Below, piece after piece: positions 9,497-19,750 of a stretch of 64,000 nucleotides of DNA. Under the pieces are notes generated by a model. The model saw only the letters and a program-made list of their open reading frames with translations, did no database searches and was not told where the DNA came from. The stretch comes from Halarcobacter sp. (GTDB lineage Bacteria; Campylobacterota; Campylobacteria; Campylobacterales; Arcobacteraceae). Positions within the stretch are counted from its first letter, which is position 1. Every line of letters starts with the position of its first letter. Location of the stretch: assembly GCA_963676565.1 (NCBI GenBank), contig OY781089.1, positions 2,656,001 to 2,720,000 on the forward strand, read 5' to 3'. A program made the translations under genes and the position numbers.

Positions 9497-10803
9497 TGTT
9501 AATCAAATCAATCTTTACCAACAGTAGTGGAATTTTAGTTTCAAGAATTTTAGGTTTTTTAAGGGACTTACTAACTGCTTCAATCTTAGGGGCAAATATC
9601 TACTCAGATATTTTCTTTGTAGCCTTTAAATTACCAAATCTATTTAGAAGAATTTTTGCGGAAGGGGCTTTCACACAAGCATTTATCCCCTCATATGCAA
9701 AGGCAAAACATAAGATTAGATTCTCTTCAATGATTTTTTTACAATTGATTGGATTTTTGATTGTTTTATCATTATTTGTAAGCCTATTTTCTTCACTTAT
9801 TACTAAAGCAATTGCTTTAGGATTTGATGCAGAAACTGTTGAACTAGCAGCCCCTTTAGTTGCTATAAACTTTTATTATCTACCTTTGATTTTTATAGTT
9901 ACTTTTATGGCTGCATTACTTCAATATAAACACCATTTTGCCACAACTGCATTTTCAACAGCCCTTTTAAATCTTGCGCTAATAGGTGCACTTTTAATCT
10001 CAAAAGGAATGGATAAATATGAAATAACCTATTACCTTTCTTATGGGGTTTTAGTAGGTGGATTACTTCAAGTTTTAGTTCATGTAATTGCCATAAAAAA
10101 CAAAAATCTTTGTAAAATTTTCACCTTTAGAAAACATAATAAAAAAGAGGAAAATAGATTTTATAAAAGCTTTTTTGGTGCAACATTAGGTAGCTCAACT
10201 GCTCATATTTCTGCTTTTTTAGATACTTGGTTAGCATCATTTTTAGTAACTGGCTCAATCTCCTATTTATATTATGCAAATAGAGTTTTTCAGCTTCCCT
10301 TAGCACTTTTTGCAATTGCAACTTCAGTTGCTCTGTTTCCTATGATAGCAAGGGCTATAAAAAATAAAGATGAAAACAAAGCTTTACATCTAATGAGAAA
10401 GTCATCACTTATATTAACTGCCTTATTATCAATTGCTACACTAATAGGAATTGTTTTAAATGATGAAATAATATGGCTTTTGTTTGAAAGGGGTGCCTTT
10501 GGTGAAAATGACACTTCAAATACTGCTTTAATTTTAACAATGTATTTAATTGGTTTAATACCATATGGACTAGCTAAAATATTTTCACTTTGGCTTTATG
10601 CTCACGAAAAACAATTTTTAGCTGCTAAAATATCAATGAAAGCCTTGGGAGCTAACATTGTATTTTCATTAATACTTATTGTTCCTTACGAAGCTGCAGG
10701 TCTTGCATTTGCGAGTACTTTAAGTGGTTTTATTTTATTAATCTTAACTTTAAAAGAGTTTGGTATGGGAAATTTTAAAACTCTGTATTTTAGTAAAGAT
10801 TAG
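9496..10803 (+). CDS. murJ: lipid II flippase MurJ
   Basis: SRILGF.RD, F.LPNLFRRIFAEGA and YYANR.FQLP motifs. Confidence 0.96.
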   Translation: MLIKSIFTNSSGILVSRILGFLRDLLTASILGANIYSDIFFVAFKLPNLFRRIFAEGAFTQAFIPSYAKAKHKIRFSSMIFLQLIGFLIVLSLFVSLFSSLITKAIALGFDAETVELAAPLVAINFYYLPLIFIVTFMAALLQYKHHFATTAFSTALLNLALIGALLISKGMDKYEITYYLSYGVLVGGLLQVLVHVIAIKNKNLCKIFTFRKHNKKEENRFYKSFFGATLGSSTAHISAFLDTWLASFLVTGSISYLYYANRVFQLPLALFAIATSVALFPMIARAIKNKDENKALHLMRKSSLILTALLSIATLIGIVLNDEIIWLLFERGAFGENDTSNTALILTMYLIGLIPYGLAKIFSLWLYAHEKQFLAAKISMKALGANIVFSLILIVPYEAAGLAFASTLSGFILLILTLKEFGMGNFKTLYFSKD

Positions 10804-10840
10804 ATATAATATTGCCTTTTTAAAATAAACTAGGACTAAT

Positions 10841-12547
10841 ATGAGAGATTTTTTTAAACAATATGTACCCTATTATAAAAACTATATAAATAGATTTATT
10901 TATGCCTTTATTGGTATGGCATTAGCTGCTGTTGGAACATCAGGAACAGCTTATGCAGTTAAACCTTTACTAGATGATATCTTTGTAAATAAAGATTTAG
11001 AGATGTTAAAAATACTTCCAATAGCAATTATTATTTTATATTTTGGAAAAGCAGCAGGAACTTATATACAAGCAATAAACATGGCTTTTATTGGTCAAGA
11101 TATTGTAAGACTTGTTAGAGATAAATTATTAGGTCATATTCTAAAATTAGATGTTGACTTTTTTTACAAAAAAAATAATGGTGAATTAATCTCTAGAATT
11201 ACAAACGATATAAATAGAATTCAAGCAGCTGTTTCTCAAAAAATAGGTGAATTTATTAGGGAATTTTTAACTGTAATTGGTTTAGTTGTAGTTGTAATTT
11301 ATCAAAGCCCTGAACTTGCATTTTATGGACTTATTGTTATGCCACTTTCAATGTGGCCATTATCTATCTTAGCTAAAAAGATGAAAAAACTTTCGTTTAG
11401 ATCACAAGAATCAATTTCAGATATTACTACACACCTAAGTGAAATATTTAACAATATTGAGATTATCAAAGCTAATACATCTGAAAAATTTGAACTAAAA
11501 AAATTCTCTGACTTTAATATGAATTTTTTTAAAATCAACCTAAAAACTGTAAAAACAAATGAGTTAGTAAATCCACTTATGGAAACAGTTGGGGCAATTG
11601 CTTTTTCCCTTGTAATTGTAATTGGAGGGAAACAAGTAATTGATGGAGAGTTAACTGTTGGTGCCTTTTTCTCATTTTTAACAGCCCTATTTTTACTTTA
11701 TCCACCAATTAAAAGATTATCTTCAATCTTTAACTTTATGCAAGATGCAATTGCAGCAAATGAAAGAATAAATCAACTACTTGATTTAAGAGCGACTATT
11801 CTTTCAGGTAAAAATAATTTCCCTGAAAATATTCAAAAAATAGAATTTAAAAATGTTACATTAAGATATGATGAAAAAGTTGCTTTGAAAAATATAAATC
11901 TTGAAGCTAAACTTGGACAGAAAGTTGCCTTAGTTGGGGATAGTGGTGGAGGAAAAAGTTCCTTAGTTAACTTAATTGCAAGATTTTATGATGCAAGTAG
12001 TGGTGAGATTAATATAGACTCATTAAACATCAAAGATTTAGATATTAAACAACTAAAAGAGAATATTGCAATTGTTACCCAACGGGTATATATTTTTAGT
12101 GATTCTATTGCAAAAAATGTAGCATATGGAAAAGAAGTTGATGAACAAAGGGTTATAGAAAGTTTAAAACAAGCCCATGCTTATGATTTTGTATCTAAAC
12201 TACCTGAAGGGATAAACACTGACCTTGATGAATTTGGTACAAATTTAAGTGGTGGTCAAAGACAAAGAATTGCAATTGCAAGAGCTTTATATAAAAACCC
12301 AAAAATACTTATTTTAGATGAAGCAACATCAGCATTAGATAATAAAAGTGAATCAGTTATCTCAGATATAATTGATGAGATTTCAAAAGATAAAATCATA
12401 TTTATCATTGCACATAGACTTTCAACAATTAGAACAGCTGATAAAATAGCTGTATTTAAAGAAGGTGAAATCATTGCTCAAGATACCGAAGAGAACCTTT
12501 TACTAAATTGTGATGAATATAAAAGATTAAAAACTTTATCTAACTAA
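10841..12547 (+). CDS. msbA: lipid A flippase MsbA-type ABC transporter
   Basis: TMD+NBD, GDSGGGKS, LSGGQRQR, LDEATSALD; conserved position upstream of pyrD. Confidence 0.85.
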   Translation: MRDFFKQYVPYYKNYINRFIYAFIGMALAAVGTSGTAYAVKPLLDDIFVNKDLEMLKILPIAIIILYFGKAAGTYIQAINMAFIGQDIVRLVRDKLLGHILKLDVDFFYKKNNGELISRITNDINRIQAAVSQKIGEFIREFLTVIGLVVVVIYQSPELAFYGLIVMPLSMWPLSILAKKMKKLSFRSQESISDITTHLSEIFNNIEIIKANTSEKFELKKFSDFNMNFFKINLKTVKTNELVNPLMETVGAIAFSLVIVIGGKQVIDGELTVGAFFSFLTALFLLYPPIKRLSSIFNFMQDAIAANERINQLLDLRATILSGKNNFPENIQKIEFKNVTLRYDEKVALKNINLEAKLGQKVALVGDSGGGKSSLVNLIARFYDASSGEINIDSLNIKDLDIKQLKENIAIVTQRVYIFSDSIAKNVAYGKEVDEQRVIESLKQAHAYDFVSKLPEGINTDLDEFGTNLSGGQRQRIAIARALYKNPKILILDEATSALDNKSESVISDIIDEISKDKIIFIIAHRLSTIRTADKIAVFKEGEIIAQDTEENLLLNCDEYKRLKTLSN

Positions 12548-12555
12548 GGATTTTG

Positions 12556-13239
12556 ATGTCACAAAAAAACAAATGGAATATCAATAACCCTAAAGAAAGA
12601 CGTGAAGCATGGATGCATGCTTTATTTTATAAAGATCACAATTTTATAAACTATTTTAGAGATAATTTATATCAAATAGCTCCTGGAGTTTACAGAGGAG
12701 CCCAGCCAACTATGGGGCAACTAAAAAAATTAAGAGATAAGTTTGGTATTAAAACAATTGTAAATTTAAAAAATGAAAATAGAGATAGTGCTTATTTTTT
12801 ATTTGAAGAAGAACGATGTAAAGAGCTTGGTTTAAAACTTGTAAATGTACGAATAAGTTCAAGAAGTGTACCAAATACTGATCAATTAATAGAATATAAA
12901 AGAGTATTAGAAGAAGAGATTGAAAAACCTGTATTAATCCACTGTAAAGCTGGAGCTGATAGAACTAGTCATTTTTGTACACTATATCAATATTTCATTG
13001 AAAAAAGAAAAATGAAAAATACAGATCAACTAAGATTCTTTCCATATGGATATATGAAAAGCTCAGGTGCTGGAATTTTAAAATGTTACTATGACTTATT
13101 TAGTGACTACGAAGAAAAAAATCCAGATGCTAATTTAATTGAATGGTCAAAAAGAATTGATCCTCAAAAATTTAGAGCAGAATTTAAAGCAAATAAGCTT
13201 GCAAACTTCCTATATGATAATGTCTTAAGAAGAGAATAA
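12556..13239 (+). CDS. dual-specificity/tyrosine phosphatase family protein (CtpA-like)
   Basis: P-loop HCKAGADRT (CX5R), N.Y.IAPGVYR.AQP; AAGGA RBS. Confidence 0.85.
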   Translation: MSQKNKWNINNPKERREAWMHALFYKDHNFINYFRDNLYQIAPGVYRGAQPTMGQLKKLRDKFGIKTIVNLKNENRDSAYFLFEEERCKELGLKLVNVRISSRSVPNTDQLIEYKRVLEEEIEKPVLIHCKAGADRTSHFCTLYQYFIEKRKMKNTDQLRFFPYGYMKSSGAGILKCYYDLFSDYEEKNPDANLIEWSKRIDPQKFRAEFKANKLANFLYDNVLRRE

Positions 13240-13294
13240 CCACTTCTTTACAATTATTTAGATAAAATGTTGAAATTTTTAAAAAAGGATAAGT

Positions 13295-14353
13295 GTGTTT
13301 AACTACCAAAACTTAAAAAAAATACTTTTTTTATTTAATCCAGAAACTGCACACGGTATTGCTGAGTTAGGATTAAGAATCCTACCAAATTGTAGAATAA
13401 TTAATAATTACATGGTTAAAAGAAACTTTGTAATGGATCATAGACTAACTCAAAATATTTTAGGAATAAATTTTCCAAACCCTGTAGGACTTGCTGCTGG
13501 TTATGATAAAAATGCTACTATGATTAAAGCGATGCCAGCATTAGGATTTGGATGTACAGAAATTGGAACAATGACTCCAAAAGCACAACCTGGGAATGCT
13601 AAACCAAGATTATTTAGATATCCTGAAATAAAGTCTGTACAAAATGCTATGGGATTTAATAATGAGGGTTCGGCAAAGGTATTAAGCAATCTAAAAAAAG
13701 TTTATCCTTTTTCAATTCCAGTTGGTGCAAATATTGGTAAAAATAAAACAACACCAGAAGAGTTTGCTTTACAAGATTATAAAACTTTAATTAGAAAGTT
13801 TAAGGATACAAGTGATTATTTAGTTATAAATATATCTAGTCCTAATACACCAAATTTAAGAGATTTACAAAATGAAAAGTTTATTACTGAACTTTTTACT
13901 ATGGCTAAAGATTTAACTTCAAAACCAATTTTCTTGAAAATTGCTCCTGATATGGAGATTGAAGCAGCTATAAATCTTTGTAAGACAGCTATAGATTCAG
14001 GTGCTGCAGGGATTATTGCAACAAACACAACAATTGATTATTCACTAGTTCCAAATGCACAAGATTTTGGTGGCTTAAGTGGTGCATGCTTAACTCAAAA
14101 ATCATGTGAATTTTTTAAAGAGATTGCTAAAGAACTTTTTGGTAAAACAATTTTAGTTTCAGTTGGTGGTATCTATACAGCTGAAGAGACATACAAAAGA
14201 CTAAAAGCTGGTGCATCCCTAGTTCAAGTTTATACTGGGATGATATTTGAAGGTCCTTCTATGGTTAAAAATATCAATGAAGGTCTTTTAGAACTTATGC
14301 AAAGAGATGGATTTAAAAACATTTCTGAAGTTATAGGTTCAGATTTAAAATAA
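13295..14353 (+). CDS. pyrD: dihydroorotate dehydrogenase (quinone), class 2
   Basis: NPVGLAAGYDK, QPGN.KPRLFR, NISSPNTP, GGLSG motifs. Confidence 0.97.
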   Translation: MFNYQNLKKILFLFNPETAHGIAELGLRILPNCRIINNYMVKRNFVMDHRLTQNILGINFPNPVGLAAGYDKNATMIKAMPALGFGCTEIGTMTPKAQPGNAKPRLFRYPEIKSVQNAMGFNNEGSAKVLSNLKKVYPFSIPVGANIGKNKTTPEEFALQDYKTLIRKFKDTSDYLVINISSPNTPNLRDLQNEKFITELFTMAKDLTSKPIFLKIAPDMEIEAAINLCKTAIDSGAAGIIATNTTIDYSLVPNAQDFGGLSGACLTQKSCEFFKEIAKELFGKTILVSVGGIYTAEETYKRLKAGASLVQVYTGMIFEGPSMVKNINEGLLELMQRDGFKNISEVIGSDLK

Positions 14354-14373
14354 ATTTTAAATAAGGAACATTC

Positions 14374-15687
14374 ATGAAAAAAAATCTACTTTTAATTATG
14401 TTCTTTTTATTATTCTTAGGAGAATCGATGGGTCAAAGTTTACCTAAATTTTATACTAAAACATTAAATAATGGTTTACAAATTGTTGCCATTCCAATGG
14501 ACAATGGTTCAAATGTAGTTTCTACAAATATTTTTTATAATGTTGGTAGTAGAAATGAAATCATGGGTAAATCTGGTATTGCGCATATGCTTGAGCATTT
14601 AAATTTTAAATCAACAAAAAATTTAGATGCGGGAGAATTTGATGAGATTGTAAAAGGATTTGGTGGAGTTAATAATGCCTCAACATCTTTTGACTATACA
14701 AAATACTTCATAAAATCTAGTTCAAAAAACATGGACAAATCTTTAGAGTTATTTGCAGAATTAATGCAAAATCTTACTTTAAAAGATGAAGAGTTCCAAC
14801 CTGAACGTGATGTTGTAACAGAAGAAAGAAGATGGCGAACAGATAATAACCCAATGGGATATTTACAATATAGATTATTCAATAATGCATATTTATATCA
14901 TCCATATCACTGGACTCCTATTGGATTTATGAATGATATTAGAAATTGGACAATTGAAGATATAAGAGATTTCCATTCTACATATTATCAGCCAAAAAAT
15001 GCTGTAGTTGTAGTTGCAGGAGATATCTCAAAAGAGGACGTTTTTTCTTCTACTGAAAAGTATTTTAAAGATATTAAAAATGAAAAAGAACTTCCTGGGA
15101 AAATCCATACAGTTGAACCAAAGCAAGATGGTGAAAAAGAGATAACTGTTTATAAAGATTCTCAAGTTGAGATGCTAGCAATAGCATACCATATTCCAAA
15201 TTATGAGCATGAGGATCAAGTTGCACTATCTGCATTAAGTGAGTTACTAAGTTCAGGTAAGAGTTCGATTCTACATAAAGTACTTGTAGATGAGAAAAGA
15301 ATGGTAAACTCAGTATATGCTTATAATCTTGAACTTACAGATCCAGGACTATTTATGTTCATGGCTGTTTGTAATGAAGGGGTAAAAGCAAAGGATGTTA
15401 AAAAAGAGATTAACAAAATAATAAAAGATATCAAAGATGGAAAGATTGATAAAAAAGAGATAAACAAAATCAAGATTAATACAAAAGCTGATTTTATCTT
15501 CTCATTGGAAAGTTCAAGTTCTGTAGCATCTTTATATGGAAGCTATTTTGTTAGAGGAAATACAAAACCTTTATTTGATTATGAAAAAAATATTGAAAAG
15601 TTAAAAAAAGGTGATATTGTAAAAGTTGCTAAAAAATATTTAGCAAAAGAAAATTCAACAACATTAATTTTAAAAAACAATAAATAA
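14374..15687 (+). CDS. M16 (pitrilysin-like) zinc peptidase
   Basis: HxxEH (HMLEH), NAST..D.T.Y, ERDVV.EERR; signal peptide. Confidence 0.92.
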   Translation: MKKNLLLIMFFLLFLGESMGQSLPKFYTKTLNNGLQIVAIPMDNGSNVVSTNIFYNVGSRNEIMGKSGIAHMLEHLNFKSTKNLDAGEFDEIVKGFGGVNNASTSFDYTKYFIKSSSKNMDKSLELFAELMQNLTLKDEEFQPERDVVTEERRWRTDNNPMGYLQYRLFNNAYLYHPYHWTPIGFMNDIRNWTIEDIRDFHSTYYQPKNAVVVVAGDISKEDVFSSTEKYFKDIKNEKELPGKIHTVEPKQDGEKEITVYKDSQVEMLAIAYHIPNYEHEDQVALSALSELLSSGKSSILHKVLVDEKRMVNSVYAYNLELTDPGLFMFMAVCNEGVKAKDVKKEINKIIKDIKDGKIDKKEINKIKINTKADFIFSLESSSSVASLYGSYFVRGNTKPLFDYEKNIEKLKKGDIVKVAKKYLAKENSTTLILKNNK

Positions 15688-15729
15688 TAAATTTAAAAAA
15701 GTAAAAGTTTGAAAGGGAGAAGATAGTAT

Positions 15730-16617
15730 ATGAATATTATTACCGGTGCAATGACTGCACTAATTACACCATTTAAAGATGGGAAACTTGATTTAGAAAA
15801 ATATGAATCATTAATCAAAAGACAAATTGAACAAGGTATTGATGTAGTTGTTCCAGTTGGAACTACAGGGGAGAGTGCAACTTTATCTCATAGTGAACAT
15901 AAACAATGTATTGAAGTTGCAGTAGCAACTTGTAAAAATACTAATACAAAAGTTATTGCTGGAGCTGGTTCTAATGCTACACATGAAGCATGTGATATAG
16001 CAAAACATGCCCAAGGAGTTGGGGCAGATGGGATATTATCTGTAACTCCATATTACAATAAGCCAACTCAAGAAGGATTATATCAGCACTATAAAGCTAT
16101 TGCTCAATCTGTTGATATCCCATTTATGATGTATAACGTTCCAGGAAGAACTGGGGTTGCTATTGATACAGAAACAATAATTAAGTTATATGATGATGTA
16201 GAAAATATCTATGCAATTAAAGAAGCAAGTGGAGATATTAACAAAATCGTTGAGATTCAAAGTCTTAGAAAAGATTTAGTTTTAATTTCAGGAGAAGATG
16301 CGATAGACTTCCCTATTTTAGCAAGTGGAGGGAAAGGTATTATCTCTGTAACAGCTAACTTACTTCCTAATCTAAAATCAAAACTAGTTCATGATATTGA
16401 AAAAGGTGATTACCAGAGCGCTAAAAAAATAAATGAAGATTTATTTGAGTTAAATAGAGTACTATTCTGTGAAAGTAACCCTATTCCAATTAAAGCTGCT
16501 ATGTATTTATCTGGATTACTAGACACTTTAGAGTTTAGATTACCATTAACTGCTCCAAGTGCAGAAACTATGAAAAAACTTGAAGAAACTTTAAAAAATT
16601 ATGAGGTAATAAAATAA
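15730..16617 (+). CDS. dapA: 4-hydroxy-tetrahydrodipicolinate synthase
   Basis: GTTGES, PYYNKP, YNVPGRTG, IKEASG, SNPIP.K motifs. Confidence 0.97.
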   Translation: MNIITGAMTALITPFKDGKLDLEKYESLIKRQIEQGIDVVVPVGTTGESATLSHSEHKQCIEVAVATCKNTNTKVIAGAGSNATHEACDIAKHAQGVGADGILSVTPYYNKPTQEGLYQHYKAIAQSVDIPFMMYNVPGRTGVAIDTETIIKLYDDVENIYAIKEASGDINKIVEIQSLRKDLVLISGEDAIDFPILASGGKGIISVTANLLPNLKSKLVHDIEKGDYQSAKKINEDLFELNRVLFCESNPIPIKAAMYLSGLLDTLEFRLPLTAPSAETMKKLEETLKNYEVIK

Positions 16618-17396
16618 TGAGTAACGAAATGAAGGGGAAGACACTAGTAATTACTGGTGGAACAAAAGGTATTGGTAAAGAGTGTGTTTATAAATTTGCT
16701 TCAAATGGAGTAAATGTGGCATTTACTTATAACTCAAATGCGCAAATTGCAGAAGATATTTGTAAAGATGTTGAAGAGAAATTTGGTGTAAAATGTAAAT
16801 GTTATCCATACAATATCTTAGAGCCAGAAACTGCAAAAGAGCTATTTTTAGAAATCGACAAAGATTTTGATAGAATCGACTTCTTTATTTCGAATGCTAT
16901 GATTTATGGAAGAGCTGTAGTTGGTGGATATGGTAAATTCATGAAGTTAAAACCAAGAGGATTAAACAATATCTATACTGCAACAGTTAATGCCTTTGTT
17001 TGTGGTGCACAACAAGCTGCTAAAAGAATGGAAAAAGTTGGAGGTGGTTCAATTGTATCACTTTCTTCAACTGGTAATTTAGTTTATATTGAAAACTATT
17101 CAGGACATGGTACAAATAAAGCTGCTGTAGAAGCTATGGTTAGATATGCTGCTACTGAATTAGGTTCTATGGGAATTAGAGTAAATGCAGTTTCAGGTGG
17201 TCCTATTGATACTGATGCATTAAAAGCATTTACAAACTATGAAGAAGTGAAACAAAAAACTGCTGAATATTCTCCATTAAACAGAATTGGACAACCAGAA
17301 GATTTAGCACAATCTTGTTATTTCTTATGTACCAAAGATGCTTCATGGATCACTGGACATACATTAATTGTTGATGGTGGGACTACTTTTAAATAA
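16617..17396 (+). CDS. SDR oxidoreductase (FabL-like enoyl-ACP reductase / HSDH family)
   Basis: TGGTKGIG, VNAVSGGPIDTDAL, ITGHTLIVDGG; typical dapA-SDR-pgsA context. Confidence 0.85.
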   Translation: MSNEMKGKTLVITGGTKGIGKECVYKFASNGVNVAFTYNSNAQIAEDICKDVEEKFGVKCKCYPYNILEPETAKELFLEIDKDFDRIDFFISNAMIYGRAVVGGYGKFMKLKPRGLNNIYTATVNAFVCGAQQAAKRMEKVGGGSIVSLSSTGNLVYIENYSGHGTNKAAVEAMVRYAATELGSMGIRVNAVSGGPIDTDALKAFTNYEEVKQKTAEYSPLNRIGQPEDLAQSCYFLCTKDASWITGHTLIVDGGTTFK

Positions 17397-17938
17397 TGAC
17401 TAAATCATTAAACCTTCCAAATGCACTTGCCCTTTTTAGAATAGCATTAGCTCCGCTAATGCTATGGTTTTTAGTTGATAGAGATTCTGCAATTTTTGCA
17501 AACTTTCACCCATCATGGCTTGATTATTTTGCTGGACTTATTTTTGTTATTGCTTCTGTTACTGACTTTTTTGATGGATACATAGCAAGAGCATGGAATC
17601 AAATGACAAAATTAGGTGGGATATTAGACCCACTTGCAGATAAAATGTTAATGCTTGCAGGCTTTTTAGGTCTAATGGTGATTGATAGGGCAAGTGCTTG
17701 GGCTGTATTCTTAATACTTTCAAGGGAATTCTTTATTACAGGTCTTAGAGTTGTTGCGGTTGCAGAGGGGAAGAGTGTAGCTTCAACAATGGCAGGAAAA
17801 GTAAAAACTGTGGTACAGATGATTGCAATTGGTTTTCTAATAATGAATTGGCCATTTGCCACTGAACTTTTATGGCTAGCTGTGGTTTTAACAATCTACT
17901 CTGGATATGAATATACAAGAGATTATTTTAAGATATAA
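17396..17938 (+). CDS. pgsA: phosphatidylglycerophosphate synthase
   Basis: D..DG..AR...G..LDP.ADK CDP-alcohol phosphatidyltransferase motif. Confidence 0.96.
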   Translation: MTKSLNLPNALALFRIALAPLMLWFLVDRDSAIFANFHPSWLDYFAGLIFVIASVTDFFDGYIARAWNQMTKLGGILDPLADKMLMLAGFLGLMVIDRASAWAVFLILSREFFITGLRVVAVAEGKSVASTMAGKVKTVVQMIAIGFLIMNWPFATELLWLAVVLTIYSGYEYTRDYFKI

Positions 17939-17947
17939 AGGTATATT

Positions 17948-19000
17948 GTGGGAACTATAACATTTTTATTAGTACTTTCTTTTTTAGTATTTTTCCATGA
18001 ATTGGGACATTTTTTAGCTGCAAGATTTTTTGGAGTAAAAGTTCATGTATTCTCTATTGGTTTTGGGAAAAGACTTTTTTCAAAGGAATGGAAAGGTACA
18101 ACTTGGCAATTTGCATTAATACCACTTGGTGGATATGTAAAAATGAAGGGTCAAGATGATACTAAACCTGGTTTAGAAGAAGAAGGAAACGACTCTTATA
18201 ACAACAAAACACCATGGCAAAGAATTGTAATACTTTTTGCAGGTCCTTTTGCAAACTTTATACTTGCAGCGATTCTTTACTTTGTAATAGCCCTTGGAGG
18301 AGCAAATTCTTTAAGTCCTACAATTGGTAATGTTCAAGAAAATTCACCTGCAATGAGAGCTGGAATAAAAGAAGGCGACGTAATTATTAGGATCAATGAT
18401 GTTGAGATCAAAACGTGGGATCAAATAGGAAAAACTATTATCTCTTCACAAGGTGCTCTTAAATTTTTTATTCAAAGGGATGGAAAAGTTATTGCAAAAA
18501 CAATAAATCCACATATCTCAGATGCACAAAATATATTTAGAGAAACAATTAAAAAAAGAATGGTAGGTATATCTCCCGCACCAAAACTTGTAACAATATA
18601 TCATGATCCAATCTCTGCAGTCTCTTACGCTTGGGATAAAACAATTGAATCATCAAAAATGATTTTCCAAGGTGTACAAAAATTAATACAAGGTGTTGTG
18701 CCTAGTTCTGAAGTTGGTGGAGTTATTACTATTGGAAAAGTTATATCAGATGCTAGTGAATCTAGTATAATTGCCCTACTTGCAATTACAGCTTTAATTT
18801 CTGTTAACCTTGGAGTTTTAAATCTACTTCCAATTCCAGCACTTGATGGTGGACATATAATGTTTAATTTATATGAAATTATTGCAAGAAGGAAACCAAG
18901 TGACCAAGTATTTATGTATTTGACTATTGCTGGATGGGTTGTATTAGCTTCATTGATGTTACTTGGAATTTATAACGATATTAATAGATTATTAGGATAA
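17948..19000 (+). CDS. rseP: site-2 intramembrane metalloprotease RseP
   Basis: HELGH, PLGGYVKM, AGP.AN, PDZ domain, NLLPIPALDGG. Confidence 0.96.
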   Translation: MGTITFLLVLSFLVFFHELGHFLAARFFGVKVHVFSIGFGKRLFSKEWKGTTWQFALIPLGGYVKMKGQDDTKPGLEEEGNDSYNNKTPWQRIVILFAGPFANFILAAILYFVIALGGANSLSPTIGNVQENSPAMRAGIKEGDVIIRINDVEIKTWDQIGKTIISSQGALKFFIQRDGKVIAKTINPHISDAQNIFRETIKKRMVGISPAPKLVTIYHDPISAVSYAWDKTIESSKMIFQGVQKLIQGVVPSSEVGGVITIGKVISDASESSIIALLAITALISVNLGVLNLLPIPALDGGHIMFNLYEIIARRKPSDQVFMYLTIAGWVVLASLMLLGIYNDINRLLG

Positions 19001-19003
19001 TAA

Positions 19004-19681
19004 ATGGATAATAAAAAAGCAGTTGAAAACCTTGATAAGGTTATTTCAAAAGTTGAAGCAGCAAGACTTAGAGTATCAGAACACCATATAGTAAAAATTG
19101 TTGGTATTTCTAAATATTCAAGTTCCCAAGATGTGAAATTTTTATATGAAGCAGGTCAGCGAGCTTTTGGGGAAAATAAGGTTCAAGATTTAAAACAAAA
19201 AAGTGCTGAATTAGAAGACTTACCTTTAGAATGGCACTTTGTTGGAAGACTACAAAAAAATAAAATCAATAACCTTATTGATTTAAACCCAACATTAATT
19301 CAATCACTTGATTCTTTAGAATTAGCAGAAGAGCTAAATAAAAAATTAGAGGCAAAAGATAAAAAACTATCTTGTCTTTTACAAATTAACTCAGCAAAAG
19401 AGGATAGTAAAACTGGTGTTATGCCAGAAGATGCAATTGAAATTTATAAAAAAATACTTGAAACTTGTCCAAATATCAGATTAAAAGGTGTTATGAGTAT
19501 TGGTGCACATGTTGAAGAAAGAGAAACTATTAAAAATTCATTTAAGATTACAAAAGATATTTTTGATTCTTTAAAAGTTCATGGCGCTAAATATTGTTCA
19601 ATGGGAATGAGTAATGATTTTGAACTTGCAATTTCATGTGGGTCTAATATGATTAGAGTGGGTTCTAGTTTATTTAAATAA
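19004..19681 (+). CDS. yggS: PLP homeostasis protein YggS
   Basis: FGENKVQ, WHFVG.LQ.NK, SMGMS.DF..AI..GS..IRVG motifs. Confidence 0.95.
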   Translation: MDNKKAVENLDKVISKVEAARLRVSEHHIVKIVGISKYSSSQDVKFLYEAGQRAFGENKVQDLKQKSAELEDLPLEWHFVGRLQKNKINNLIDLNPTLIQSLDSLELAEELNKKLEAKDKKLSCLLQINSAKEDSKTGVMPEDAIEIYKKILETCPNIRLKGVMSIGAHVEERETIKNSFKITKDIFDSLKVHGAKYCSMGMSNDFELAISCGSNMIRVGSSLFK

Positions 19682-19750
19682 GTTTATTTATTATTTAGAT
19701 ATTTACAGTAAATTTTCTATATAATATAACAATTCAAAAAAAGGTTTTAT

